Origin: Basidiobolus meristosporus CBS 931.73
Lineage: Eukaryota; Fungi; Basidiobolomycota
Direction of reading: 5' to 3'
NCBI GenBank assembly: GCA_002104905.1
Contig: MCFE01000197.1
Span: 62,001 to 126,000 of the forward strand
DNA: 64,000 nt
A program made the position numbers and the translations under genes. Below, one piece after another: positions 51,424 to 63,512 of this stretch. Position 1 is the stretch's first letter, and each line of letters opens with the position of its first letter. The notes beneath the pieces are model-generated. The model was not told the origin of the DNA. It did not search any database and worked only from the letters and a program-made list of their open reading frames with translations.

Positions 51424-54141
51424 AATATGTGGTGGTGTATAGGTCCAAGGGAGAGATATGTCCAACACCTCTCAAGTGTTTTGTGTGTGGGATGTTCACT
51501 GGGTGCAATAACCTATGGCAAAAGCTTGCTAGGAATACTTGGGTTCTGTTTCTAATCTAATGTGAAGGGGAATAAAGCCACTAGCTTGTCAAGGGAAAAC
51601 TATTGAGCTACAATCCCCAACTTAGTTGGCGTCTTAACAAAAGTATGTGCTGGGTTCAGAGTCCTTTGAGATGACAATGTACTAAAGCTTCCAAAGTCAA
51701 AACAACTGTAAACTCCACCAGCAGGGACTTGATAAGAATGCAGCTGTGGTCAATAGTTACAAAGTCAGAAAAGTATCTTTGCCTGTACAAGAACAAACTT
51801 GGGAAAGAATCAAATATAATAAAGGATACCTACTCTAAGTATTCCTCACAAGTAGTGCCTCCAAGGTCAGTTGGCTGTCAGCACGGTTTCCTGGGAGTGT
51901 CCTGTGGTCTAGGGTTGGAAGTGCAGGTAGCAGCAGGTAGCAGTGATCACACTAATCAACAAGTTGGTATATTGATAAAAGGGATGATGATTTATTGTAG
52001 AGGGATAGCCTCCCTTATATACTTTTCTCACTGGCTCAGTGATTACTAATCATGGTGTTCCAGAAGGTTCTGGATATCAATAGAAATCTTAATGACATCA
52101 GAATGACCTAAGAATGCTCTAAGTAGGTGCTGGAAGGTTCTAAGAGGCACAGCACATCCAACCAATCAGGAATCAGTATTCTGAAACCTGTGTAACATGG
52201 GGATTCCATATATGGTATGGAAATGGTAGGGATGGTGATATGGGTTGATCATGTGTCATGGGTACTGGGGCGGGTACTTGCCTAATATAGAAGCACTTGT
52301 AGCTAGTAATCTTACATAAAGTGAGGGGTAACTTATGCAATAAGGTAAGCAGGTGTGATAGTCAACCAGCTTATGGGATAGTACTGATTGGGTAAGACAA
52401 ATGGGATAAAACTAAAATGAGTGTAGTGGGGATATAGGGAAGTAGAAAATAAGGGAATGAGCACATCTATCAGTGGGTGTCACTGTCACCCCACTACAGC
52501 GCTTGACAACTATTTGAGTGGATCCAACCAGCCAATACACCCAATTGCTTTATATGGCAAAAAACATGTTGCTGTTTTGATGGCCTTTTTGTGAGGCTCT
52601 GATGGCATTATCATGGTAGTATGGCAGCCTACAGCTAGTTCTGTGTAATGCTAATTTACCACTTTACCAAATGATATTTCCTTTTTCTACCTCCCCTTGC
52701 ACAATTCATATATTCCACTGTAGAATTGCCCCTCTTTATTTGCTTACCCACTGCTAACTTGGGTACTCCACATATAGTTTGAATTGAAATATACTATGGC
52801 CTGTTACAAGTCTTGGAATAAGAGTTGCAGAGGATTAGGGAGTTTTGCTAGTATTGTATTCATCAAAACTTGAACTGATTTTGGTTGAGGTTCCAGCAGC
52901 TCCATATACACATTCTGCCAGATCAATTGCTGACTAATTGTATTTTGTAATGTAGGCTATGGCTAATGATTCATTTGATTGCATCATCATCACCCAATAA
53001 GGTCCTACTTAATATATCTATTTCTGTCTGATAAGGATCTGCTGATTCATTTGCTGACTAATGCTACTGATTTGATAGATAACCCTGATGTACTGATAGG
53101 CTAAACATATAACTAATAGATTTGACTAAAAACTGATCTAACTTAAACATTGAAGCAGTAGATCATAATATTCTCCCATACTAAAGTTAAGAGTGTTCTC
53201 CTGTATCGCCTTTCTTGTTATACCAATATCCTGATGGTTTAGTATTGTCAGCAATTCTTGCAAGATTGAATCTGTCTCTATAAACTAAGTCTTCCCAGAA
53301 ATTACCTTTTTTGACTACTAGTTGGTAAGTTCCAAATGGGCATTTTCTGACGATCTTGAGAGGTCCTGTCCATTGTGGTTCAAACTTCTTGCATGTGATG
53401 ATTTTCACCAATACAAAGTTCCCAACTGTCAACACCTCTGGTGATTTAGTCTTATCAAATCTCTGCTTCACTTTTTCTGCACTCTGAGATACTTAAGCCT
53501 GTGCCTCTTGATGTCTTTGTTCTAGTTACTAGTATCTACTTAGCTGACTGAGTTCATCTTCTAAAGCATCTGTAAGCCTTTGTTGTGTGAGATCTCCTGA
53601 GATCCTTGGTTCACATCCATACACTGAGTAAAATGACAATTGGTTGATTCAGCAATGTGGGCATGTTTTCACCAGCTTCTGGATATCTTGTTTCATTTTA
53701 GGCCACCATGCTCTGGCTTTCATAAGGCTATAGGTTCCTTCAATTCCAAGATGCCCATATCCACTTCATAACTTATGCAATATATCTAGTTGAGCAGCAT
53801 AAGGGCAATAGGCAAAAAGGCTTCCATCAACCATTTGGCTGAGTGTTTCATCCTGTACTACAGATTTGCTGGCTTCATACTGGACTATCTTTTTGATCTC
53901 TTCATCCACCTTATTAGGAATGGATTGGTCCCCAAGTACATTAGTGATAGGCTAGGTCAATCTGATTGACAAACCAAGTTGAGTTGGGCAACTTGTTCTA
54001 GTCTTGGTAAAGCATCAGCAACCATGTCATTTTTCCCAGTACAGTAGACAATCTCCAAGTCAAATTGCTGAATGTATTCACTCCATCTTGTCATTCTTTG
54101 GGATAGAACCTTCTAAGTAAACATATAATTGAATCTGGTAT

Positions 54142-55194
54142 TGTAGTGGGGTCACAGTGACACCTACCTACAGATATTCTCATTCCCATATATTCAACTT
54201 CCTTACTTTTCTACTACCCTTATATTATTTTTATCCTATTTGTCCTACTTGATCAGTACTTTCCCATTAGCTGGCTGACTATCACACCTGCTTGTGTTAT
54301 TGCATAAGTTATCCCTCACATTATGTAAAATCACTTGATGTAAGTGCCTCTATATTTGGCAAGTACCCGCGCCTGTACCTGTGACACCATCCCTACCATT
54401 TTCATACCATATATTGTACCCTAATGTAACACAGATTTCAGAATACTGATCCCTGATTGGTTGGGTTTGCTGTGCTGTTTAGAACCTTCCAGCACCTACT
54501 TAGAACATTCTTAGCTCATTCTGATGTCATTAAGTTTCTATTTTGATCACCAGAACCTTTTGGAACACTATGATTAGTACTCACTTTACCGGTGAGAAAA
54601 GTATATAAGGGGGGGCAATCCCTCAACAATACATCATCATCCCTTTTATCACTATACCAACTTGTTAATTGATGTGATTACTGCTGCCTACTGCTACCTG
54701 AACTTCCACCTGCAGATCACAGGACACTCCCAGGTAACTGTGCTGACAGCCAACTGATCTTAGAGGCAGTACCTGTGAGGAATATTCACAGTAGGTATCT
54801 TTTATTTTATTTGATTCCTTCCCAAGTTTGTTCTTGTACAGGCAAAGATGCCTTTCTGTCTTTGTGACTATTGACCACAGCTGTATTCTTATCAAGTCCT
54901 TGCTGGTGGAGTGTAGAGTTGTTTTGACTTTGGAAGCCTTAGTACATTGTCATCTCAAAGGATGCTGAGCCCAGCACATACTATTGTTAGACATCAACTG
55001 AGTTGGGGATTGTAGCTCAATAGCTTTCTCTTGACAAGCTTATGGCTCTATTGCTCATCACATTAGATTAGAGACAGAACCCAAGTATTCCTAGCAAATG
55101 TTTGCCAGAGGTTATTGCACCCAGTGAGCACCCCACACACAAAACACTTGAGCAGTGGTAAATTATCACTCCCTTGAGCTTATATACCACCACA
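54142..55194. repeat. Solo LTR, family B (older, inverted), with an adjacent host deletion
   Basis: Reverse complement of 51428-52498; host sequence jumps about 280 bp across the site. Confidence 0.85.
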
Positions 55195-55972
55195 GCATCT
55201 GAAAGGCAGTCTCACAGGCTATGTCCCAATTCATGGTGTTGTCTTTGTTGAGAAAATCTGTTTAAGGGGTGCAATACTTGCAAAGGACTTACAAATCCTT
55301 CAAATAGGAAACTACTCCAATGAATGATCAGAGTTTTGATTTGCTATGGGGCTGCTTCAGATTCTTGATGACTTCAACCTTCTTGGGGTTCAAGGTCACT
55401 CCTGTGCTGGTCTCTATGTCTCCCATTTATTCAACATGTTTGCTCAAGAATTCACATTTTGCTAGCTTGCTGTACAGCTTATTCTGTGCTTCTTCAAGAC
55501 CTTTTCAATGTGCACCAAGTGTTTCTCTTCTGTCTTGCTGTATATCAACATGTTATCTAGGTAGATTAGCACAAACCTGTCTAAGTATTCTTGGAAGACA
55601 GTTTGCATCAAGGTCATGAATGTTGCCAGGGCATTGGTAAGGCCAAAACTCATGACTAAGTACTTGTAATGTCCATATATGGTCCTGAATGCTGTCTTAG
55701 GGATGTCTTCTGGTTTCACTCTAATCTGGTTGTATGCTGATATGAGGTCAGTCTTGCTGAATATGATAGCTCCATTAAGTTGGTCCAAAAGCTCATCAAT
55801 CCAAGGTATGGGGTACTTATTCTTCATGGTAACTGAGTTGAGGGCTTTGTAGTCAAAGCAAATCCTGAGTGTTCCATCCTTCTTTTTCATAAAGAGTACT
55901 TGTGCTCTCCAAGGTGACTTGCAGGGTCTAATATTTCCTTGCTCCAATATTTGATACATTTGTCTCTTCATC

Positions 55973-57201
55973 TGTTGTGTTGTATTATGATTAGTTTGGG
56001 GCTTGTTCTACAATGTAGAGGCTAATCAACAATATACAACAACTTCCAGTATGCTAATACTGAAATAGTTTATTGGGAGTTTGATATACCAATAGAAGAT
56101 ATAACTTTACTAATTTCCTCAATCTTAGGCTCAAAATATACTGTAGGCAGTGTTTATCACTTCTACAGCAGTGTTCTGACCTTCTGTTGACTAATGGGAT
56201 TATTTACTTTTACAGTAACTTTTCCTTATTTGGAAGTCATTTTCCTTTCTGAGAAAATATTTCCTAATATGGAAACTCTGAACTCCCCTTTAACCTAAAG
56301 GGGTGTGTTGTAGAAGTCTCTAAAGGGGTCTTTAAACCTAAAGGGGTGTCTTTACAGTAAAGGGGCTTCTTGTAGTGGTCTCTAAAGTGGACTTTACACT
56401 ACAGGGGTGCCTAAAGGGGCTTCTTTAGAGTAAAGGGTTTCCTTAAAGGGGTCTCTAAAGGGGCTTTAGACTAAAGGGGTGTCTAAAGGGGTGTCTTTAG
56501 AGTAAAAGGGTTTCTTAGAGGGGACTTTTCCAACAGAAAAGTGGTAGTTTCTTGTAGAACTTAGATTGGATTCTTGTGAGCTTTACATTCTCTTTACTGA
56601 TGTAGTATCAATCAAAGTCAGAATACTCAACAGTGCAAGTGATGCAGGGGAAGTCTTATAACCTTTAAACTTGTAATTGTAGTATGGAGATTCTGGAAAG
56701 TGAGGCTCTCTTTTATTTTTCAGCTGGGGAAGTCATATATATGAAAATTTTGAAGGATCAAAGTTTTTGGGCAATTGCGCAAGCAATACACATGATATAA
56801 AGCTAAAATTTTGCAGTGGCGCAGATCGGACATAGGCGCAGCACCTGTGAAAGTTTCACGTGATTTGATTTGGCCGGTTCAAAAGTTACATGGGATCAAA
56901 GTCACCATAGTAATCCTAGCAATAAGGCATAGTATATATAATAGTTGGACTCTTTTGATCCTAACTCCTTAAGTACTGCTTCAAATGAGCTGTAATTTGA
57001 AACATGTGTTGGCTACTGCATGTTCTGTATGTCATAATATTCTTGGGTGGATTGCTTGTCAGGGTCTGGAGCATTTGTTCATCAAAGTTGGAAATTCTTG
57101 ATCTTTCACTTGTGTGTTACGATAGCAAAAAGCAAAATAAAGAAATGAGTGCAATATTGGTTTAGTGATATTGTAGTAATGGAATACTGTCCATTACCAC
57201 A
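55973..57201. repeat. Solo LTR-like element, family D, copy 2
   Basis: About 95% identical to 10105-11347; 4-bp TSD CATC. Confidence 0.88.
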
Positions 57202-57719
57202 CATCTTTTCTAACTCCAATGGACTCACTGTGTAAGGTATCTTACTCACTGAGGGGGCTATCTTCTATGTCAATGGCATGATCCACCTTTCTGACTAGGG
57301 GTAGGCTTACAAATTCATCTGGAAACACGGCTCAATATTCCTTTAAAACAGTCTGGACCTTCTGGGATGCTGTAGTGTAGGAATCCTCCTGTAATACCAC
57401 CATGAGGAACATCTGGGTACATTGTCTGAGTGCTGTACAGAATGTGTCTTGCTAAGCCCACTTGTTTCACACACATTGGAATTGATCAAGCTGAAATCTA
57501 GTCTGGCAGGTATTAGCTCATAAGTCTTGTTGTCCTTCAGGTTCTGAGTAGCATGGGTTCCCCAGTTAGCTGATGGATTACAACAAAATAGCCAGGTTTT
57601 TCCAAGTGCAAAGTCAAATTTGCAGGTCCCAAATATATTGACTTGTAGGCCTTCTTCATAGTCCTTGATCTTCATTCTTACTGACTGAGTAATATGGCTT
57701 ATTATGTGAGAGTTCCCAT

Positions 57720-58296
57720 CTGCTGTCAAGAAAACTCATATACCTCACTGGAGTGTAGATCAACTGGCTGCACTTCATACTCTTGTGAAAACAGCTATTT
57801 TCTTGTTGGTAATTCTTCTTTGCTATAGTGGAATTCAGTCTGCTCTGGGCTTATGGTGTAGTGGGGTCACAGCAATACCCACCAACAGATGTGCTCATTC
57901 CCATACTTTTACTTCCCTATTTTCCTACTACCCTTATTTTATCCTGTATGTCTTAGTTGGTAAGTACTTTCCCATAAGCTTGCTCACTAACACACCTACT
58001 TACCTTATTGCATAAGTTATTCCTCACTTTATGTAAGATTACTAGCTATAAGTGCTTCTATATTAGGCAAGTGCCTGCACCAGTACCTGTGACACATGGT
58101 CAACTTGTGTCAGCATCTCTACCATTTCTATACCATATATGGTATCTCTTTGACTAAGTTTTTTGTGAAATCTGGGGTGCAATTATTTACCAACAGTCTC
58201 TTGACAGTGTCTTGACAAGATCAGTACCTCTTAGTCACGGGACTTTCTCTTTGTGATGGCCCTTTGACAGGATCATCTCAATAATTTTTCATAGGG
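57720..58296. mobile_element. Mosaic: CACTA ORF2 fragment, partial LTR B (57857 to about 58150), CACTA right terminus (58152-58296)
   Basis: Homology to 63000-63130, to 54142-54420 and to 63820-63965. Confidence 0.7.
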
Positions 58297-59043
58297 AATT
58301 CACTGGGCCATTACATCTATGCTATCAGCTACTGCACCAAATTGCCTCATTAATGCTTTGCTATGACTAGACAATATACTTGCTAATATAGGTGGTGGTG
58401 AAGTTATGGCAGCCACTTGCTGTACTTCAACTAAAGGTACTGCTTTTGCTACTTTCTCATCTGGCACAGCATTATGGTCAGCTTGTGGCTCTGCAGAGAT
58501 TCCCAATTGCCTACTTGACTGAGAGCCTGAGGAGTCCGCATTATTACCTTTAGAGGGCTCACTGTACACAGGGCCTTTTTTGGCTGTAGCACTGCTTTTT
58601 GTATTGAATATCACAGCAAGCTGTTGTCTAGCTGTCTGTCTGCTGCTGTCAGCGGTGGGGTTTGGTTGGGAACCAGGTAACTTTGCTTTGTTTTTTGATG
58701 GCATATATATGGAAGTGAGTCAAACCAAATGGGAACAGTGTTACATATACATGTGTATGTGGTGCCACAAATTTATTTGTAATGCTCAATATGTCAGGTC
58801 ATCGCTGAATCTTACATTCATATAGGTGCAATGTCTAAAATATAGGACTGTCATAAATTCACATGAGTATTGACAAAAAAGTGATATAATAGCATTACAT
58901 TGTTTAGTGTTAAACTGTTTACCCCATAGACTAGACTACTTTGATTCAATGCAGTAAGAGAAGAGAAAAAAGACTATGTGACTATTGTGGCAAGCCTCTT
59001 GGCCATGAAGCATGCAGACAGCATAGGAAGTATTACAAGGATC
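58297..59043. mobile_element. CACTA host copy (ORF2 5' part on minus, spacer, transposase start on plus); resumes at 63966-64000
   Basis: ORF 58300-58704 (MPSKNKAKLPGSQPNP) is homologous to 61558 onward; transposase sequence is continuous across 59044-63965. Confidence 0.8.
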
Positions 59044-59099
59044 CTCTATGAAAAATAATTTGGTCCCACAGGTGAATCCAATCCAAATCATCCATCAAA

Positions 59100-61335
59100 A
59101 TCCTGCTTAGAGACCGTCATAATAACAGCAGCTTGGAATTAGTGACCCTCCTGACAATATTATAACAAGATCATGACAGTGTTTTGCAAATTTTACAGCC
59201 AAATAAAGGGATAAAGCTTGACAATTTTTGATTGGTGCTGTGATAATATTTGCATGGCATTGTTGCGGTCTTTCAGCACTCTATTGCAATTTTAAGTGGA
59301 TCCAGTTGGTCAGGACTTCCAATTGCCTAATATGGCAAGAAACTTAATGGTATCTTGACGGCCTCACAGCAAGACTCTGATGGCTTTTTCTTGGCAGTAT
59401 GACAGCCTGCCGCTGGTACTGTATAATGCCACCGTACCAATTTACCAAATGGTATTTCCTTTTTCTACCTCCCCTTGTGCAACTCATATATTCCACTGTA
59501 GAATCACCTTTCTTTATTTGCTTGCCCCCTACTACCTTGGGTATTCCACATATAGTTCAAATCAAAAAAAACTATGGCCTCCTGCTTACTAACCTCTACA
59601 AACACGCACACCTGCTGCAATTGACATACTTCTATTACCTCAACTTTACGGCTTTTTAGTGTGAAACTTGCAATGTTGCCATATACCTTGTACTGCTGGT
59701 AGCATATACATCTTGCAAACATATGCTTGGTTGTTGCCACTTCTGCCATGAATACCTCCTGATTATTGGCAAAGAACTTCTTAGTATTTGGCCAATATAT
59801 TCCTTCTCCCTGCTGGATTCTAGTCCCCCTTATAGGTGCGCTCTGGCTTTTGTTTGTGTGAATTCTGTATTTAATGGTGTAGAAGTTGGCTTGTGACCAC
59901 AAGAAATCCGGCATATCTAGGTGGAGTTTTCCTGATAAAAATTGGTTGCTTGTTGCACCCTACCCAACTTTGCATTACTATACTGATTACCCACGCATTG
60001 GGGCTGCTTAGCTTCTTAAAATGCATAGCACTATCTTGGTCCACTGGTACTATCTGGCACTATATTTAAATATTAGCCCTAAAGTAGAACCTATACAAAG
60101 CACTTATAGTGCCAGATAGTACCAGTGGACCAAGATAGTGCCATACATTTTTGTGACATGCTACAAACCTGTGGGGCTAGATTTAGAGTGCCATGGGTAT
60201 TATGTACCAGATGCATATCTTCAGTCTGTCTGTGCTCTTTTATGTCATGCACAATTTTGATCCCAAAAAAAAGGTTAAAAAAAAGATTTTCTCCCGCACA
60301 GTAGGTGAAACACAGGGGCTGCATTGCATGAATATTCAGAACTATATGTCACACTCTGTGGCCAAGTTTAGGTCTGCTATGAATCTCAGGCACACTATGG
60401 CACTATTTGGCACTCATGGCTCAATGTGGCACTATCCAACAGAACAAGTCTATTATATTGGATATGTTTCTGCTTGATTGATACTGAGTGCAGTACTGTA
60501 TAGCTTTGCAATATTTGTTGGACTGCATCAGCTTCCTCAGATGGGGCATGACCAGAATATATCCAGAGTGTGAACAATGTTTTCCCTCAATGGTGGTGGA
60601 TTCCTGACAATTTGGACACGTTGCAACGGTAGCATTTTTGGATGTGAATGCCATGCAACTGTTAACACATGCTGGAATCAGGACAGCCTCTGAATCATAT
60701 ATTGCCAGCCGCATGACAGTTGTCCACATGTACCATGTACATGGTAAGTTGCATCCTGGTATGATTTTGGCAAGAAGTAGTAGTAAATCCTCAAAGCCCC
60801 CATTACTGATATTAGTGGAAACATGCCACTTCTCTAGCCACAACATTACGTCATTCACCAGTAGATGGATTACTGGGCTCACTTAGCTCCATAAAGTATC
60901 CTTGGCATTTGTTTCAACAGGTGTTGTCTCATTGCATATAGGGATTTGACCAGGTTCATACGTGGTACTGTTGTTAGGGGAGATAGGCTCAATATCCATC
61001 AGTAAATCTTCTATGTCAGAGCTATCACTCTGCATGCCATATTCAGAAGGCTGAGGTGAGCCTAAAGGCATTGCGGACTCACCTGACTCAGTTTGTGCAA
61101 GGTGACAAAGACAGCCAGGTGCCAATATAGAGGTATCAACTGGCCGGCAAGATAATGTTGGTACAGTAGTGACCAATGAATGGTCAAATATGACTTGGGT
61201 GGCAAAACACTGGCCATGATCCTTGTAATACTTCCTATGCTGTATGTGTGCTTCATGGCTGAGAGGCTTGCCACAATAGCCACATGGTCTTTTTTCTCTT
61301 CTCTTATGGCATTTAGTCAAAGTAGTCTTGTCCAT
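59100..61335 (-). pseudogene. CACTA transposase; tnp2/DUF4218-like core replaced by a half foldback element
   Basis: ORFs 60883-61335, 60421-60882 and 59504-59914 match 27500-31001. Confidence 0.85.
60028..60451. mobile_element. Foldback element, copy 3 (spacer plus right arm; most of the left arm lost)
   Basis: Aligns with 6729-7153; right flank ATT. Confidence 0.85.
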
Positions 61336-61557
61336 GGGGCAAACAGCTTGACCTTCAACAACATAACGCTATTATATCACTTTTTGGTCAATACTCATGT
61401 GAACTTAAGACAGTCTTGTATTTGAGACATTGCACCTAGATGAATGTAAGATTCAATGATGACCCACCAAAGTAAGCATTATAAATAAAGTTGTGGCACC
61501 ACATACACATGTATATGTAACACTATTTCCCCTTTGGTTTGACTCACTTCCATATAT

Positions 61558-63512
61558 ATGCCACCAAAAAATAAAGCAAAGTTGTCTGGTTCTCAACCAA
61601 ACCCCACCGCTGATGGCAACAGAAGAACAGTTGGCCAACAGCTTGCTTTGACACTCAGTACAACAAGCAGGGCTACATCCAAAAAAGGCCCTGTGGACAG
61701 TGTGCCCATTGAAGGTAATAATGCAGACTCCTCAGGCTCTTAGTCAAGTAGGCAATTGAGAATCTCTGTGGAGCCACAAGCTGACCATTATGCTCAGGCA
61801 GATGAAAATGTAGCAAACAAAGTACCCTCTGTTGAAGATCAGCAAGTGGCCATGATAACATCACCACCACCCATATTAGCAAGTATGTTGTCAGCTCATA
61901 CCAAAGCATTAATGAAGCAATTTAGTGTAGTGGCTGATAGGATAGATGCAATGGCCCAGAGAAATCAGGAAGTAGTCCAGAAACAGGATGAGCGGATAAT
62001 ATATGTAGAGCAATCAATATCCCAGGTAGAGAAAGCAGTATCTTTGCTGCAAAGAAGGAACTCAAGTAGCTCAATGTTGCAGCCACGAATTGAGCCATTT
62101 CCCAATGTAACTGCAGAGGAACACCGTACCGTCTTTGAAGCACAACAACAGTACCCAAAGATAAAGCCCACAGAAAACCTATCACAGCATGGGAGGGAGA
62201 CAATGTGGTGTTTATACCAAAGCCTAAAAATTAAAAGACATTGAAGATATGTGAAGCCGTTGAGTGCAATAATGAAGAGTGGGCTAATATACAAGAGGCC
62301 GTCCAAGGTCTAGCACAGCATCACCTTAAGGCCAGCATACCATGGGACCATCAGGAGCTCAAGGTCAAGCAGAATGCACTTGACTTGTTCCATGAGCATT
62401 AACCTGGATTCAAATGGGCAAACAGATTTTGGGCCAGCATTGGTATGCTAAGAAAGTATTTTAAGAACAGGAGAAACTATCAAAGGCAGAAGAACAAGGG
62501 TGCCATGGCTAAAAACCAGCGGCTTCCTCAAGTGCCTGTTACAAGCAGGGCCAAAAGCTCCAGACAAGCATCAAAGAGATGTCAGGCAGCTGGAAGAGTG
62601 CCAATTGAGGACAAGCAGGCAGACATGGATGCACCAGCACAACATTTATCAAGGAAAAAGCGTAGTACCACTCAAGAAGCACCCAGTCAAAGTAGCAGTG
62701 AAGGACCTGGCAGTGATAAAAACCAGCCGCTTTTACAGGAGCCTGTCATAACTACGGTTGAGAGCTCAAAACAAGCTGAAAAGAAATGTCAGGTTGCCAG
62801 AAGAATGCCTGCAATGGATAAGTAGGGCAAAACAGATGCATCAGAGCAGAATTCATGAAGGAGAAAATGTAGTTCTTTACAAGAAGCACTTAGACAAAGT
62901 AGCAGTGAGAGACCTGGCAGTGATAAAGGAAAAGGTAAAGGGAAAAATGTGTACCCAAGCCTGAGAGAGGGAGGCATGCAAAAAAAACTGCAGTTCTTGC
63001 CAATTAACACAGCAAGCCAGGAACAGACTGAATCCCATCATAGCTAAGAAGAATTACCAACAAGAAAACAGCTGTTTTCACAAGAGTTGGAAGTGCAGCC
63101 AGTTGAGCTACACTCCAGCAAGGTAGATGTGTTTGTTGAAAAAGGTAATTTGTCTACCACTGCCTCCACAGCCCCCACAGCCTCCATTGTTAACAGAGCG
63201 GAGATCCCACTGACAGACAAGGCTACAATGTCAAGAGCTTGAAAGACTATCACAATGCCTTCAGTGGAGTTTTGGAACATTAATAGGCACACCAAGAAGT
63301 TGCAGCACTTCTTTAAGAGCAGTGCTCAAGAAAACGCACTGGAATATTGCAAGGATTTATTGCAAAGACTGGCAGATGAGTAGCTAGACCTTGCAGTGCC
63401 AGCTGAAGGCCAAGACATGTGGGAACCAGTGAATGAACAGTGGCATAAAGCCGTTGGGTTCCCGCCAAAGTTATGGAACCAGAGCATTACAGCAGAAATA
63501 CTAATTGAGTAG
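61558..63512 (+). pseudogene. CACTA accessory ORF2 (about 650 codons, stops and a frameshift), function unknown
   Basis: Consecutive ORFs 61558-61743, 61756-62244 and 62445-62825 join into one protein; homologous pieces at 26420-27140, 31600-33240 and 58300-58704. Confidence 0.72.

Larger units (their letters stand above)
44518..52498 (-). mobile_element. Ty3/Gypsy B, near-complete, youngest large element in the window
   Basis: LTRs 51428-52498 and 44518-46396 (1071 bp each after removing solo LTR C; about 20 differences); TSD GCGC; PPT 46397-46412; PBS 51407-51423. Confidence 0.95.
52802..57725 (-). mobile_element. Ty3/Gypsy A3 (3' LTR 52802-53170, IN, RH, RT, PR fragments), 5' truncated, two nested LTRs
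   Basis: ORFs 53187-53471, 55462-55971 ([23 protein letters not shown]...YLDN) and 57343-57729. Confidence 0.87.

Noticed and set aside
54138-55198. GTAT/GCAT as a true TSD of the solo LTR B
   Set aside because: About 280 bp of host is missing across the site, so only the right flank is informative.
44282-58296. One giant CACTA element spanning both termini (flanks AATG/AATT)
   Set aside because: The left and right host sequences come from different parts of the family consensus, and the internal ORF2 fragment is in the wrong orientation.
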